A stretch of DNA of 63,998 nucleotides, the filler included, from Octopus bimaculoides (taxonomy: Eukaryota), in NCBI RefSeq assembly GCF_001194135.2. It is 6 parts of 6 records of this genome, joined end to end, with 100 filler letters (N's around TTAATTAATTAA, not from the genome) between each part and the next. Parts side by side here need not be neighbours in the genome. Positions count along the whole stretch, not along the records: positions 39,497 to 55,848 come from NC_068993.1; 5 more parts are not named here. One strand, 5' to 3'. The position numbers and the translations under genes were made by a program. The first letter of the stretch is position 1; every line of letters begins with the position of its first letter. This document shows, in pieces, positions 39,397 through 54,470 of this stretch. The notes beneath the pieces were generated by a model. It did no database searches, was not told the origin of the DNA, and saw nothing but the letters and a program-made list of their open reading frames with translations.

Positions 39397-39723
39397 NNNN
39401 NNNNNNNNNNNNNNNNNNNNNNNNNNNNNNNNNNNNNNNNTTAATTAATTAANNNNNNNNNNNNNNNNNNNNNNNNNNNNNNNNNNNNNNNNNNNNCCCC
39501 CCCCCCACTCTTTCAATGTACTTCCTGCGTAAAATGGTGATTTGTGTTCAATGTTTTGTGTAATAAATAATACATCTGAAAGTCACTGTGTGTGATGTGT
39601 GTATTTATGAGCATCTGTGTATGCTTGTGATGTGTGTATGTGTGTGTTGTTGATACATGTAACTGCTGACCATATGCTTTGACACATCAGTTCTATACAC
39701 ACAAGCACACGCTCATGCACACA

Positions 39724-39763
<40 letters not shown>

Positions 39764-40217
39764 AGAATATATATATTTATCGTTTACTGTGTTTTTTTAG
39801 ACACCAAAAATGAAGCAATATCTCTGTTTAATACAAACATATCAACATTATATGTATCTAAAAGAGATAGATGTTTAGATAGACGTGGTTTTTATGCACA
39901 TATATGCATGTTTGTGTGCATCATATGCAAATTTGTGTCTATATGCAAATGTTATGTGTATGCAGAAACTTCTGTGTTTGTGTCAGTATGTGTGTGTATC
40001 TATATATTTCTTCTCCATATTAGCATGTTGTGTGGGTGTGTGTATTCATATGTAGGTATGTGTGTGCATGTACTAGGGAATGAGTGAACCAATATAGCTA
40101 TGTAGATGTCCGTGTGTGTGTGTGTGTCCATATCTATCCTATTCTAATACAAAAAATGTGTTTGCATCTGCATAAGTTTGGTGTTTATATTTTTCTTACA
40201 CATTTATTTCTACACAG

Positions 40218-40259
<42 letters not shown>

Positions 40260-40574
40260 ACTGCTAACTTCTATGCGGTATCCATCTATGAAGGTATTGG
40301 TCAGCTTGTGGCTGTGGAAGTAAACTTGTGCAGTGGAAGTAAACTATGACATTTTAGTTGTAAAGAGAGCTTTTTGACCGTACAGAATGGAAAACACATT
40401 TGTTAATATTTAGCAGAAGCAACAGAGTGACTTGAGGGCCAAGAGTTTTGTGCATTGACACATATCAAACTCATGAAACTCTGAACTTTAAAGTCATCCT
40501 GTTGCTTCTTCTAAATATTCCTAAAAATATACATATATTCATATTTTGAGTTCTGTTTTCCCTGTTTGCATCAC

Positions 40575-40624
<50 letters not shown>

Positions 40625-40789
40625 GGCACGATCTTGGCTTTGTGGTTTTGAGAAGCTTGTTTCCCAACCATGTGTTCTTTGGTTCAGAGTTGCACTGAAT
40701 GGCACCTTGGGCAAGTGCCTTCTGCTAAAGCAATGGGCCAACTAAAGTCTTGTGAATGGATTTAGTAGACAGAAACTGAAAGATGCCCA

Positions 40790-40841
<52 letters not shown>

Positions 40842-41431
40842 TTGTATTTGTACCCCACCACCACTTGACAACTAGTTTTACTTTGTTTATGTCTCCACAT
40901 TTTAGCAGTTTACACCCCCATAACTTAGTTGTTTGGCAAAAGACGAATACAATAGTAAGTACCAAACTTTAAAATAAGTATTCGACCAGCTTGATGGATT
41001 AAAATTCACTTCAAAATGCTAACCTAGCTTGGCCATAACATAATGACTGAAACAAGTACAAGAATTAAAAAATATAACACACACACTTGTGTGTGTATAG
41101 ATATAGATAAAGGGTAACGATACCTTTCAGTCATGAATGACCATGGGATTGCAACTAGAAAGTTACCCTCTAGGGCACAAGTCTAGGCAAAGTTGTTTAT
41201 GGAAGACCAGCAGTCGCCCAAGTATATCAGCCTCCCCACGGATGTTATCCAAGGAAAGGCAAAGGCTGATACAGCTTGGCACCAGTGATATTGCAACTCA
41301 TTTCTACAGATGAGTAAACTGAAGCAACAGGAAATAAAGTGTCTTGCTCAAGAACACAACACACAGCCCAGCTCAGGAATCGAATTCACTACCTTGTGAT
41401 TGTGGGCCCGATGCTCTAACCACTGAGCCAT

Positions 41432-41467
<36 letters not shown>

Positions 41468-44117
41468 ACATATTTCTGTATAAATCCTCTAGCTCTTATC
41501 ATTTCAATTCACGAGAAGATAGATTCTTTTGCATCTTCAATCTTAAACCAACATATTCATATCACTATGTTGCTAGACTGAAGTAGCCACAATTAGAAAG
41601 CTAGCTAGATAGATAGATAGATAGATGCATGGTGGACACGTCTAAATAAGATGTATATTCCAAACTGCAGACATTCTCCTTCCCTTAAAAGAAGAAAATG
41701 AAAATCATTGATAACTAACTACTGTGCCTGCAAAATAACCCTGCCAACTATTTCACATGTTAAAATTACCCTGGCAAATAGCCACTGAATATTTTTGCTT
41801 TTTTTTTAAGCTAGTTTTTAAATATATCTTGTATATATAACATTGTGTTTGTCAGATGTAATAATATTCATAAATACTTGATATATTTATTGTTTGTTTG
41901 TTTGCTTTTATGTTTTTCGGTATGATTCCGACTGAATCTGTGATTCCAAAGATATATTCTTTGGCTGTAAAATAATATCACAAGTTGAAATCTCTCTCAA
42001 AAACAAAAAACAAAAAAAAACAAAAAATTATTTTAAATTTTGGCACAAGGCCAGCAATTCTGAGTGAGGGATAAGTCAGTAATAATAATAATAATAATCC
42101 TTTCTACTAAAGGCACAAGGCCTGAAATTTGGTGGCAGGAAGCTAGTCGATTACATTAACCCCAGTGCTTCACTGGTACTTATTTTATCAACTGTGAAAT
42201 AAGGATGGATGAAATGCCACTAAACATTTCACCCAGCAAGCTAACGATTCTGCCAGCTCACTACCTTAATAATAATTATAATAATAATAATAATAATAAT
42301 AATAATGGTTTCAAATTTTTCCACAAGAGCAGCAATTTTGGGGGAGGGGATGAGTCAATTATATCAACCCCAGTCTTCAACTGGTACTTAATTTATCGAC
42401 CCCGAAAGGATGAAAGGCAAAGTCGACCTCAGCAGAATTTGAACTCAGATCAGAACGACAGGCAAAATACCGCTAAGCATTTTGTCCAACATGCTAATGA
42501 TTCTGCCAGCTTGCCATCTTAATAATAATAATGATAATAATGTTTTCATTGCACAAGGCCAGCAATAATAATAATCCTTTGTACTATAGACACAAAGCCT
42601 GCAATTTTGGGGAAGGGGGTTTAGTCAATTACATTGATCCCAGTGCTTAACCGGTTTTTATTTCAACAACCCCAGCAAGATAAAAGGCAGGAATTTGAAC
42701 TCAAAATATAAAGATAGGCTAAGCATTTTGTCCACGTGTTAATGATTCTTCCAGATCACTACCATGATGATGATGATGATGATGATGATAATAATAATAA
42801 TAATAATAGCAGCTGCAGCTATAATAATAAAAAAGCAATAACAACAGAAGTGGTGTAAAATTAAACTGTGAAATATCAATGAAAATGAATCTTTTCAATT
42901 GAACATATCTGTGCTTAATTACTTTCATTTTACTAATTAGCAAATACAGACAATTGGAAAAATATTTTCATTATTGGAAAATTATATTTTTATTATTATT
43001 CATCATTATTCAGCTAATCTTTAGTCTATCTGAATTGTATGTTATTTATTTTATAAATAAAAATTACCATTCTTCAAAGACATATCTAATAAATACATAC
43101 ATTCATATATATATGTGTTTGTGTACGTATATATTTATATATATATGTGTTTGTGTACGTATATATTTATATATATATATATTTGTGTGTGTATAAATAG
43201 ATAGATAGATGTTTAAATGGATGGATGGATGGATGTTTAGATAGATGTTTAAGGGAATAATAGATAGCTATTTTATAAATAAATTATGTAAATAGATACC
43301 AATTGATTTTGAAAATTTGAAGACAAAAATACAAATTATTTTGAAAAATTAGTTTTTGTGTTGTGGTTTTAAACTATCAAATAATTTATTAATAAAAATT
43401 AATATTAACCAGTACATAATATTAATGTTTACCAAATGTTATAAGAATTTGCATATGTTTAAAAATTTAGCATAAGATTAAGATAAAAATGAAAACATTA
43501 CTAACAAGACTTCAGCAGAGATATTTTTGTTTTTTTTAATACTAATGACGCTCTCGGAAGCTATTTTGCAGATGAGTTATCGAAAACTATTGCAAAATAT
43601 CTCAAAATATACCATTCAGATCAAGATTATATTGATAAGCAATTTATGCTTACCTGCTTTATGATTAAATAGTGTTTCTCATGAATGAAATATAATTATA
43701 TGGCATTGAGAAACAATCTAATGCAAAAATATATTTGTGAATGTTTCATAACGATGCCTAATTATAATTGCAGCTTCCACTTTAGTTGTTAATTCAATAA
43801 CTTATTGAACCCCCATCCCCTCTGGCCTGTGTATTGTCAGGTCAAGAGTTCGGTATCACTACTTTACTAAGGTCTCCTGCTCATTTAACATTATTATTGT
43901 TGTTGTTGTTGTTAATTTGTTTTGGAAAAATACGAATGTCATTATACATATGTATTTAATTCTCAGCTCTAAGACATATTCACCAAATTCTGAAGAGAAA
44001 TTTCAGAGCAATGTTAGAACTATGTATTCTTATATGGAATTAATTCATACGATCTATGTTATGGCATGTAATTAAGAAATTATTATCTATTTGTGTGAGT
44101 GTGTATATATATATATG

Positions 44118-44150
<33 letters not shown>

Positions 44151-44214
44151 GTAAACATATAACAGATATATGTATACAAAGAGAGTGAGCGAAATAGATA
44201 ACAATTTCTTAATT

Positions 44215-44287
<73 letters not shown>

Positions 44288-44613
44288 NNNNNNNNNNNNN
44301 NNNNNNNNNNNNNNNNNNNNNNNNNNNNNNNNNNNNNNNNNNNNNNNNNNNNNNNNNNNNNNNNNNNNNNNNNNNNNNNNNNNNNNNNNNNNNNNNNNNN
44401 NNNNNNNNNNNNNNNNNNNNNNNNNNNNNNNNNNNNNNNNNNNNNNNNNNNNNNNNNNNNNNNNNNNNNNNNNNNNNNNNNNNNNNNNNNNNNNNNNNNN
44501 NNNNNNNNNNNNNNNNNNNNNNNNNNNNNNNNNNNNNNNNNNNNNNNNNNNNNNNNNNNNNNNNNNNNNNNNNNNNNNNNNNNNNNNNNNNNNNNNNNNN
44601 NNNNNNNNNNNNN

Positions 44614-44662
<49 letters not shown>

Positions 44663-45945
44663 ACAATCCATCATATTTCATTATTTCTCTATTATTTTCA
44701 CAATCTTCAGGTGTGTGTGTATGTTATATTAACATAATTTTATATTTATGCATATATTTAGTATTGTGTTGGAATTAAATTTGACTATGTATGTCTAGTA
44801 TAATGGATTTAGTCAAAGGTTTCTACATCTTACTTTTTTTATTCTCTAAACTGGAAAAACCATTTGAAGAAAATTGCAACAATCTTTTCAGTAAATGACC
44901 TTTCATTTGAAACTATTTCTGTTTATGACACCAACCTGCCCAAGACCAGCCCTGATTCTTTCAGACAAACTTTCCATCAAAATTCCATGTTAATTTATGT
45001 TCCAGCTCCCTAGCTTAAAAATAACAAAGCTATTTTATTAAATTCTTTATCATTTTCAAAATTAACTTAAACAAAGTCACTGGTATTTGAATTGAAACAC
45101 AGTGACAAAATGGTTGAATAGTTAACTGCATGACATAAAATCTATAATTCCAATATGTACCACCTTAGTGCAATGGTTATATTTTTGCAGACTGAGTCTG
45201 TAACTTTACTTTGAGGCCTATTTTAAAACTGTATTGGGACTGTTTTTTTGCATTGCACATTAAAATCATACCTCTGTCCCCACAAATCTAAAATATTGTG
45301 TAGATGTTAGAAATAATTGTAACTAAAATAAAACGGTTATTACAAAATTGAAATTGTAGAAAACTAACTCCATCATTTGTTGATTTTCTATCTTGTAGTA
45401 GTATCTCTTTTGTGGCCGTGTTTGGTGGCACATGAGTTTATATGTCTGGCCTTATATCGTTTTGTCTGGCACTTTGTGTCACCCTAACTAGAACCAAGCA
45501 TCACCTTGTCCAGACTCTTGCATCTCCTTATATAAACCTTTGCCTTGCATCCTCTGAAACCCTTTGTTTTTATCTTATAATCAAGAAGGAACGCAGTGCC
45601 CATGACCCTTTGTTGATCCTTTGAGATCAGTGAGAAAAAGGTAAGATATCCTCGAAGACAAGACCAAAGCGCCAAATGATTGTAATAACATATGTACTGC
45701 TATAGACAACCAAGGTTCCAGATGGTGGTGTTAAACTGAGTGATGGATTAAGTTTACCATCCATGTCTGAAAGTCATATATCATTTTGTCTGAAGTCTTA
45801 CATCAACTTGTCTGGAGCTTTACATTGCATCGTCTGAAACCTTATGTCACACTGTAACCTTGCTTCACCTTGTCTAATAGAACATATATCATTTGTCTGC
45901 TGTAGTAAAATTCATACCATTAAGAAGATTACAAACCATATGAAG

Positions 45946-45983
<38 letters not shown>

Positions 45984-47022
45984 GTGTAATGTATATGTGT
46001 ATATATATATATGTAAAATGTGGTTGCTATGTGGTTATGAAGTTCACCTCTCAAATACATGATTCCTGGTTCATTTCCACTGTCTGGATCCTTATGTAAA
46101 ATGCCTTCTACAATACACCTGGGCCAAGCAAAACTTTGTGAATGGATCGATAGACAGAAATGAAAGAAATCATGTGTGTTTGAGTTCCCTTGTCTAGGCA
46201 TCACTTGATTGTTGTAAGTGATTGTCACTGTCATACAAACAATGTCATCCATTTCCTGTCTTCCCTGAAAAACATTTCTGGCCAAGTGAGGAAATATCAT
46301 CTCGCTTGAAAACAGATAAGGGTTGGCGACAGGGAGAGAATCCAGCTGTAAAAAGTATGCCTCAACAAGTTCAGTCTGACCCATGGAAGGATGGAAAAGT
46401 AGATGCTGATGGTGATGATTAGAATATATGGATGCAACAACTATAAGAGGCAATCTTGATAGTTGCATCTGATAAAAATTAGATGCAGTCTGAACCACAC
46501 ATGATCTCAGTAAAATTATTTATATATCATTTGATGATATTCAGAATAAATCATCTGATACTGTTTGTTTTTGCTTTCTCTCTGGGGACTATAATCTCAG
46601 AATTATTTCCAAGCAACACCGGAAACATGCATACCATTGCTAGTGGTATTTACAAGTATGATTTCTTTTCCATACTTGCAGTCTTGTGCTGCATTTCAAC
46701 ATTTTTCCAGTTTCCTCATCTCAATTCTAATAACCCTTCTCATTTTTATTTCACACTCTCAAACAATATCTGGTTTCTATTTGCTTATGGAAGGGTGGGT
46801 TGGAATTTTCTCAAATTCTCCATTCTCAGTTACACTACAATATCATTTCTTTTTTCTTTAGAAATCGTACATTCCATTCCATTCCATTTCACACTGATTA
46901 TAATAGATAACTACACTGTATCTTCTCCTGTGCTCCTCCTTGGCCGGTTTCCTGCATAATTTTCATCAATTATATTTATGCTTTCACTCTTTCCCAACAT
47001 ATTCTACATAACAGGGATTCAG

Positions 47023-47058
<36 letters not shown>

Positions 47059-48399
47059 ACTCATACACACATAATATATCCATAACATCATCCTCATGTT
47101 TTAATGCCTGTCTTCTATGCTGAAATGAGTTGGATAGCGAAATAGGATCTGATGGATCAGAGCACAATGGTTATGCTCTAACATTATCTGCCCTGACATG
47201 GTTTCTGTGGCTGGAAGACTTTCTAGATATCACTTTACAGGTTGCTTTTTCTACCTACAACACTAGTGAGATTGTCATGTGGTTCACAAGACTAAGTTCC
47301 TCAGATATACAGATCTACTATTGTGCAAATCTTATTATGCCATACAACCTCATCTGACTGTTATACTACCAGATATGAAGCTTATAGTAGCTTACATTGA
47401 AATCTGTTGTGTGTGTGTGTGTGTGTGTGTTTATACACATATATGCTATTAAATATGTTAGTTTTATCCTGGACCTTTTTCATGTAAGGCCAAATTCCTT
47501 ACTAAAAAGTCAACTGTTAGGGAATTTTTTTTTTTACCCAATAACCCTGATTTCCCTGAATAAAGAAAAAAATCTATATCACCATTTTCAGTTTGTCACC
47601 TTTGGAACTCGTCACTTCAAACAATTCATGCTGTATAAAAATAAATACATACACGCATGCATGCTTGAGCACAAGCATGGCTGTGTGGTTAAGTTTTGCT
47701 TTCCAATCATGCAGTTTAGGGGTCAATCCCATTGTATGGCACCTTGGGCAAGTGTTTTCTATTATAGCTCCAGTCTGGCCAAAGCCTTGTAAATGGATTT
47801 GGTTGATGGAAACCAGGATGTGCCACTGGTTAGGGTTGAGGTTGCAAAACATAGTCTATGTCTGCTCACAACCACTGCACAAGCACCTGACGCAATTAGC
47901 AAAAGCTAACCATACCTTTCTCGTTCACAAGTGATGGCTTACTTTTTACATCATGCAACACTGTTCTCATTGCTCTATTTGTATGCACTCTTCACAATAA
48001 ATTTGTCTTTTCCTTTCCTTTTATACAGACAGGTTATATGAATTCATCAAGCATTGCTTTTTGGGATATTCTTATCCAAAATATAACTTGTTCTTTACTT
48101 TTTTTCTTTAAGACTTCTCTCTTCTATTCCCCTCCAAAACAGAATTGGCATGTGTTTATGGCCAAAGTTAAATCCTTACTATTTATTTTAGATTTAGGAA
48201 TTTTTTTAGTTTTTTTGTTTTTTATGTATATCTTTCTAAATACTTTCTTCATGCTAATCCCATTCTATCACTTCTGAGTATTTTTAGCTCTTTCTGCCTA
48301 CTTACCTGTTTTATTTACTTGCCTTTCTGTTTTTATCCCATTACTTTCCACTATTTCTCCTTATTTGTTACCAAGCCTCCACAGTTTAATCTCAAATAC

Positions 48400-48510
48400 C
48401 AACCCACCCAGTGTCTTCACTAAACCCCACCGTTGTACTGTTTGAACTAAGGCGTCTATTTGATCTTCGTTCATTACAAATAACTTCAAATCATCCATAA
48501 ATAGAATATC

Positions 48511-48512
<2 letters not shown>
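48400..48512 (-). mobile_element. Non-LTR reverse transcriptase fragment (R4/Dong-like)
   Basis: ILFMDDLKLFVMNEDQIDALVQTV contains the F(M)DD catalytic motif. Confidence 0.7.
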
Positions 48513-48543
<31 letters not shown>

Positions 48544-51306
48544 CATTGTATGCCATTTCGCTTTCGTAACTTATGCCTTCTTTACTCTATGTAACAATAT
48601 GGCTGGTATCCTGCAAATCCCAAGAAGCAAAAGTGGAGGAAAAATCCACTATTGATCTTAATACTACATAGGTATTTAACAGAATCGATTCCATTTTCCT
48701 GTTACACTCTTTGTCAGTTTCTTCATGTTGTTATTGAAGCAGCAAGCTCACAGAATCATTAGCGTATCAGACAAAGTACATTGTGATATTTCTTCTTGCT
48801 CTTCACATTCTGAGTTCAAATGCAGCCAAGGTCGACTTTGCCTTTCATCATTTTCGGATCAATGAAATAAGTACCAGTTAAACACAGGAGACACTATAAT
48901 CAACCTTCCCCACCCCCTAAAAATTGCTGCCTTTATGCCCGAAGTAGAAAGGATTGTTATCATTATTCTTAAGGTGCCAAGCTGACAGAAATGTTAGCAT
49001 GCCGGACAAAATGCTTAGCAGAATTTCATGCGTCTTTACAATCTGAGTTCAAATTCCGCCAAGGTCGACTTTGCCTGTCATCCTTTCAGGGTCAATAAAT
49101 TGAGTACCAGTTGAGTACTAGGGTCGATTTGAATCGACTACCCCTCCCCCAAAATTTCAGGCCTTGTGCCTATAGCAGAAAGTGTTATTATTATTATTCT
49201 TTTTTGGCTATTACATATTATCTTAGTAAGCAGAGATGGTGTCTTGAGATTTGGTTATAACAAGTCTCCTGAAATTTCAAGAATTTTTCTCAGGATTCTT
49301 GCTGAACACAAAATTGTACTTTTCCCTAAGCAGTGTTAGATGGGAGAAATGATAGAACTTTGTAAAAGAAAAAAAAAAAAAGAGCACCTTGCTATATTTA
49401 AATGTTCATTTACAATCTGTGATCCAGATCCTACTAGGGTTTCAACTTAGTGTTTGTCCTTCTGGGATCAATAAAGTATTTGCACTATAATGAGGGTTAA
49501 TTCCATTGATCACACTCCCAGCACAGAAATTATGTTCTGATTCTGGATATAACACTTACTTCTACTTGTCTTATGACAAAATCAAGAAATCACCTCAGTA
49601 TCATTATTTTTAATTAGAATCACTTTAGACTACAAATGACCTGGCTGCAGCTATCTGGTCACTGTGTGTGCCACCCTGAACTGGAAGGATCCAAATTAGT
49701 CTTGTGAAGTTCACTTTATGGTGGTATAAAGAAGAGGAAAGTATCATCACATTTACATCAACAACTTGATCCCAGACAATGATTTGGAATATGTCCAGAT
49801 CCTCAAGGTAGTGATGTTGGACCAAGAGGTGTTGTGGTGAGTGGACTTTCTTGCTGTGGCTCAGGTTGGAATCTGGTAATAAAAAAATTACCTGGAAAAG
49901 GCATGAATGCAACGACTTTCTCTTTAAAATTTCGACTTCATATTCCTGTAAGATATATATTCCTAAAGTATTACCTCCCTTATGATGGGTAACTTTGGAA
50001 GTATGTTTTTGCCACCATGGGTAATATCAGGAAATATGGTAAGCATACATACAATAATTATGATTTAACTTTTGTCAAATTTCTTGGAACTTATTCAAGA
50101 TAATTAAATGAATACTAATTTTAAAAAGAAATATGTTTATTACCTTAAAATAAAATTCGAACAATATAATGACATACTTATTCATTCTTAATGTTCCAAT
50201 AGATTTGGATGTGAATTCACTGTTGTATTTTGTTTATTTTTCATATATATATAGCTCCTCCCATAAATACTGTCATTTATTCTCTCTCTCCTCCCTTCTT
50301 TCTTCTCTCTTTCTCTTCCCCTCTCTCTGATTCATTATCTCTCACTCTGTGTGCATGTGGCATTCCTTTATCCATTGCCTACCTCTTATGTTAACTCTCA
50401 ATTTCTCTTTTATTCTGTAAGAGAAATCAAGCAACCAACCAACCTACATATCAGCTATTATTATATAAGCATATATATATATGCATGCATGTATGTATGT
50501 ATATATATATACTTTTCTTTCTTAAGAACAAGATATTTTAGTTGATATTAATACAAAGTTCTTGTTCAAATCTCTGATAGTTTATGGAAAGAAGTTTGGT
50601 AAAACAAGCAGCACATTGAAGCCAAATTAGTATTTTATTGACAGATCCTTTTGTTGATGGTATTTGTTCTCTATTTAACATTGTTATATTCTATGGCTGC
50701 AGTTTCAACTCACAAACAAGTGTAAACAGCAGCAATAGAGAACACACACATGCACACACTCTTCAAGAATCATTGACATGTGTGTGGAACATCGTCTATG
50801 TCTGCATTCTACTTCATCACAACAGTAACTACATATCCAGTCGTTACAAATATCAAGACACTTTAGCACACTGAATAATAATACTGCACTATCAATTTAA
50901 AAACATTTCTCTCATGTGGTTCGCATAAATTGCTATCTCAATATTCATTCAAGGTGGCGAGTGAGCAGAAACGTTAGCATGCTGGGTGAAATACTTAGCA
51001 GTAGTGTGTTTGTCTTTATGTTCTGAGTTCAAATTCCACCAAGGTCGACTTTGCTTTTCATCCTTTTGGGGTTGATAAATTAAGTATCAGTTGCGTACTG
51101 GGGTCAATCCAATTGACTGGCCCTCTCCCCAAAAATTTCAGGCCTTGTGCCTAGAGTAGACAAGAATGTTCATTCCCGATCATTTATAGGAAAATGCACT
51201 ATCTGCACATCTGTTCTTTAAACAGCTGTAAAGGCTTATTTGCTCACCATCTTACTTAGCTCTTCTTTATGATTTATACTCATATAACACTTCAACTCCC
51301 ATGTTT

Positions 51307-51526
51307 TTAACCCTTTAACAATCAGATTACTGTCAAATGTAATGCTATTTAATCACATTATTTTGAGTTAGTCATGCACTATCTCATAGCTTCAAGATTT
51401 CAATAATGTGATTGTTTAAAATGACATTGTAGGGTATGTGTGAGAGTTCAGATCTGATCAGTTTGAACATAAAGCAGATAGAATATTTGGACCAGATATG
51501 GCCAGTTTCAATGCTAAGCGGTTGAA
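51307..51526. mobile_element. piggyBac-like MITE (degenerate)
   Basis: TTAA-CCCTTTA... left end; ...aatgctaagcggttga right end. Confidence 0.55.
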
Positions 51527-52004
51527 TATATAAATGTCATGATCTAATTCGATACCAGTTGTTCACTTGTTTGCACCTTTATTCTATTATACATGTACCT
51601 GTTCAATTGAAAAACTGCCTGTAACCCATTGTCACTAGGCAGCTTGTCATCCCTGCTTTTAGCTGCAGTTCACATTGGAGTTTTAGGCAGCTAGTCAACC
51701 CAAGTGCTTATTATATATATTTCTTACTTTACGCCATCAGACGTAATATTACCTGAATTATACACTAAAACAAAAAAAAAAAAAATAGACATGTATGTTT
51801 GATAGCTGTGCCAAATGTCCAAATTCCATTTAGTGAATCCTAGACAATAGAAAATCATCACACCTTCAGCTTACCCTGCTTGCAATCACTATTAACTTTA
51901 TTACAGCCTTTCAGCATATATAAACCAAACCCCTTTTTCCGTAATTTTCTTTTATTATATAATCAGAGAAGATGGGACAGTTCCCATGACTTTGTAACCC
52001 CTTC

Positions 52005-52330
52005 AAGGCTGGTGAGATTAATACGAGTGCTGTTCAATTCAAATGTTTGTCAGTCAATAACTGTAGAAGAAATATAGGTGGGGAAGAAACCCTTGAGAGT
52101 GTTAAGCGTTTAGTGCAGGATATTTACAGTATGGATATATAGCAGTGAGAAGAAATATAGGTGCATCATGAAGCTTTGCTGTAGTAGTAACAAGCTTGTA
52201 CAGAGGAACAAAGGCTGTAGTAATAGTAAATAGGAGGAGGAGGAGGAGTGACAGAGTGGGAGTAGCACATCTATGAATTTTGTCACATAAGTATGTTGGT
52301 AAGTAGAATTTTGCCAATCTACCAGATGGA
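52005..52330 (-). mobile_element. Ancient CR1/L2-group LINE 3' remnant
   Basis: Degenerate LNTLKGFFPTYISSTVID*QTFELNSTRINL resembles the WNSLP..VFP...DLQ.FK..IN terminus. Confidence 0.5.
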
Positions 52331-52688
52331 TTTTTGGGGGGTGGGGAGGTGGTTTCTTACCTCTTCTTTCATACTTTAACCTCTCATTTCTTAGCAAAGT
52401 GGCACCTTCTTCTGCTGTACCCACTCAATTGAAGTGGTGGTGGTGGTGGGGTATCTTAGTCTAGAAAGCTGCATGGTGATCTCACTAGTGCTAATGCAAT
52501 AGAAAAAAAAGTTACAGTATGCTCCATAAAGTGGATAGCATTAAGGAGAGCATACAAACAATAGAAACCATGTAAATGTAGACATTAGAAAACAATGTAG
52601 TTGTTGGACTGAGCAGATCCTGTGAAATCCATCCAACTCATATCAGTATGAAAGATGGATGTTAAAAGATGACAGTGACATAGTTCTT

Positions 52689-52727
<39 letters not shown>

Positions 52728-52949
52728 GCGTGCGTGTGCGTGCATGCATCTTTAAATTTCTGTTTGTGCCCACCACCACTTGTCAACTGGTATTGGTTTG
52801 TTTACATCCCTGCAATTTAGTAGTTTTGCAATACAGACTAACAAACTACGTAGCAGAGTCAATTTGTTTGATGAAACTCTTCAAATCAGTGCACTAGCAT
52901 GGCCAAAGTCTAATGATTGAAATAAGTAAAAAAAAATAAAAGAATTTAT

Positions 52950-54470
52950 ATCTTCTCTCTCTGACAATCTCAAGGTTTTTGTATTGTTCGGTAACCAGCT
53001 GAGTCACCTTCTCAGTAGACCTTACAACATGGAGTGATTCATTGATCTGGCTTTTCCGAATGGTGCTTATGACGACGACACAACACAGCACATTCTAATA
53101 ACAAAGTGTTTAGTTGAAGGAGAGGTATAAGCTAAAGAAAGATTCATCCCATTAGAGAAAAAAAAATTGTAGAGTTGGGTGGCTTAAGATTTTAAAATAA
53201 ACAAACAATTGTTGGAAACATGATTTGGCGGGGTTATGTGTTAACATTTTGGTAACATTTTACAGACATTCTTCATGTCAACTATCTATTCACTGTTTTC
53301 TACTCATCAATCAACACACGCCTACTCACCAAGCACACACACACACGCACACACACATTCTTACCTGTTCATCAGAGAAATTGACAGCTCTCAACACTTC
53401 TTCACTATCTGTCATCAGTTCTTGTTCACACACAAACTCAACATATTTCAAGAAGACATCCTACTGTGGAGACTTAACAAACAAGTTTGCTTCAACAGCA
53501 CCAAAATGACACACTCCACATCTAAAGGGAAAACGTATCTATGACATTGAATTTACTTTTATTAACCCATCACTTACCATATTTCTACTAAAATACACTC
53601 CTTTTATTTCAATTAATTCTGAAAATAGTTGATGAATTTAGTAAAATAGCTTGGTCATTATGAAGTTGGTATTTTAGAACATAAATTTACACAAAACTTT
53701 GATGAAAGCTTTTAATTTAGATCACTTTCACCTTTTGATACCATCCCTCCTGCAATTGTGCCCTGGTCCTATAATATCAATTCCTGTTTAAAAGTTATCA
53801 AAATTACAAATTTCCATCAAAATTTAATATGAAATTATGTCCCAAATACCCAAATAACAACAGTCATTTTACTAAACTACTTGAAACGTTAGTGTATTTC
53901 AACAACAGTTTAGTAACCAAAGGGTTAAAAACATGAAGTTTAAATCACAGAACCAAGAAAAGTCTCAGGATGGTTTGGTATCAGGACTAAGCATTACACA
54001 CCTTAAAATCCTCACCTTTTCTAAACACCTGGTCTTACAGATTTTGAAAAGTCTTCAAGGCAGCTACACATTCTTCACATACCAAAGACTGGATTAAAAT
54101 TGTTTCAATTTATTTTCTCCAAAGCAGAAAATACTTTGGCACTGAAAACCAACTAACTTTTTATACAAGATGAAACTTTATCCCACACTAGAGTACTGTT
54201 TACACACCTGAAACAGTGTCTCCATTAAACAGAAAACTTATTTATACTTCCTAACTGCTGACTCAACATTGGTCTGCATCCTTACACTGTCTGTTGTACT
54301 AATTCTTTAATGGCCTCTGTTTACCTTATATTGCTTTCCCTAAAGGCATTCAGTGCATCTACTCTTTTTCTGTCAGCCTTACTCTATCTCATTTATTCAA
54401 ATGAGTTCAAATTAAATGTTTTACCTAATTCTATTTCACACCATAGAATTGCATCTGCCCAGAATTTTAT
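52950..54470 (+). mobile_element. Ancient CR1/L2-group LINE RT remnant, interrupted by (CA)n and a piggyBac-like MITE
   Basis: Motifs occur in the expected order across frameshifts: LSDN..GF..VR*PAE (LSDNQYGFR..RSTAD); LTTWSDSL; IDSSQH (ADDSTLH); ILLWRLNKQVCFNSTK (ILQWG..N.V.FN.SK); FLYK..LYPTLEYCLHT* (LYK..VRPTLEYCSH.W). Confidence 0.65.
53562..53928. mobile_element. piggyBac-like MITE
   Basis: TTAA-CCC...GGG-TTAA termini with degenerate TIRs (cccatcacttacca / tagtaaccaaaggg). Confidence 0.75.

Noticed and set aside
49620-49900. Possible minus-strand terminal exon (G)NFFITRFQPEPQQESPLTTTPLGPTSLP*
   Set aside because: No upstream exons and no recognisable homology; insufficient support
50710-50870. 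Cys-rich open frame VLKCLDICNDWICSYCCDEVECRHRRC... between an AG and GTGAGT on minus
   Set aside because: Cys richness follows from TG-rich composition; no domain pattern and no partner exons
53039-53460. Apparent two-exon minus-strand gene end (53460-53365 DVFLKYVEFVCEQELMTDSEEVLRAVNFSDEQ; 53131-53039 LIPLLQLNTLLLECAVLCRRHKHHSEKPDQ*) with good GT-AG sites
   Set aside because: The plus strand carries ordered, degenerate CR1-type RT motifs across the same bases, so this is best explained as the antisense of an old LINE. Exonisation cannot be excluded without RNA data.
54010-54470. Candidate minus exons SLVCEECVAALKTFQN and IKFWADAILWCEIEL
   Set aside because: They lie within the same LINE remnant, and their phases do not join into an open frame
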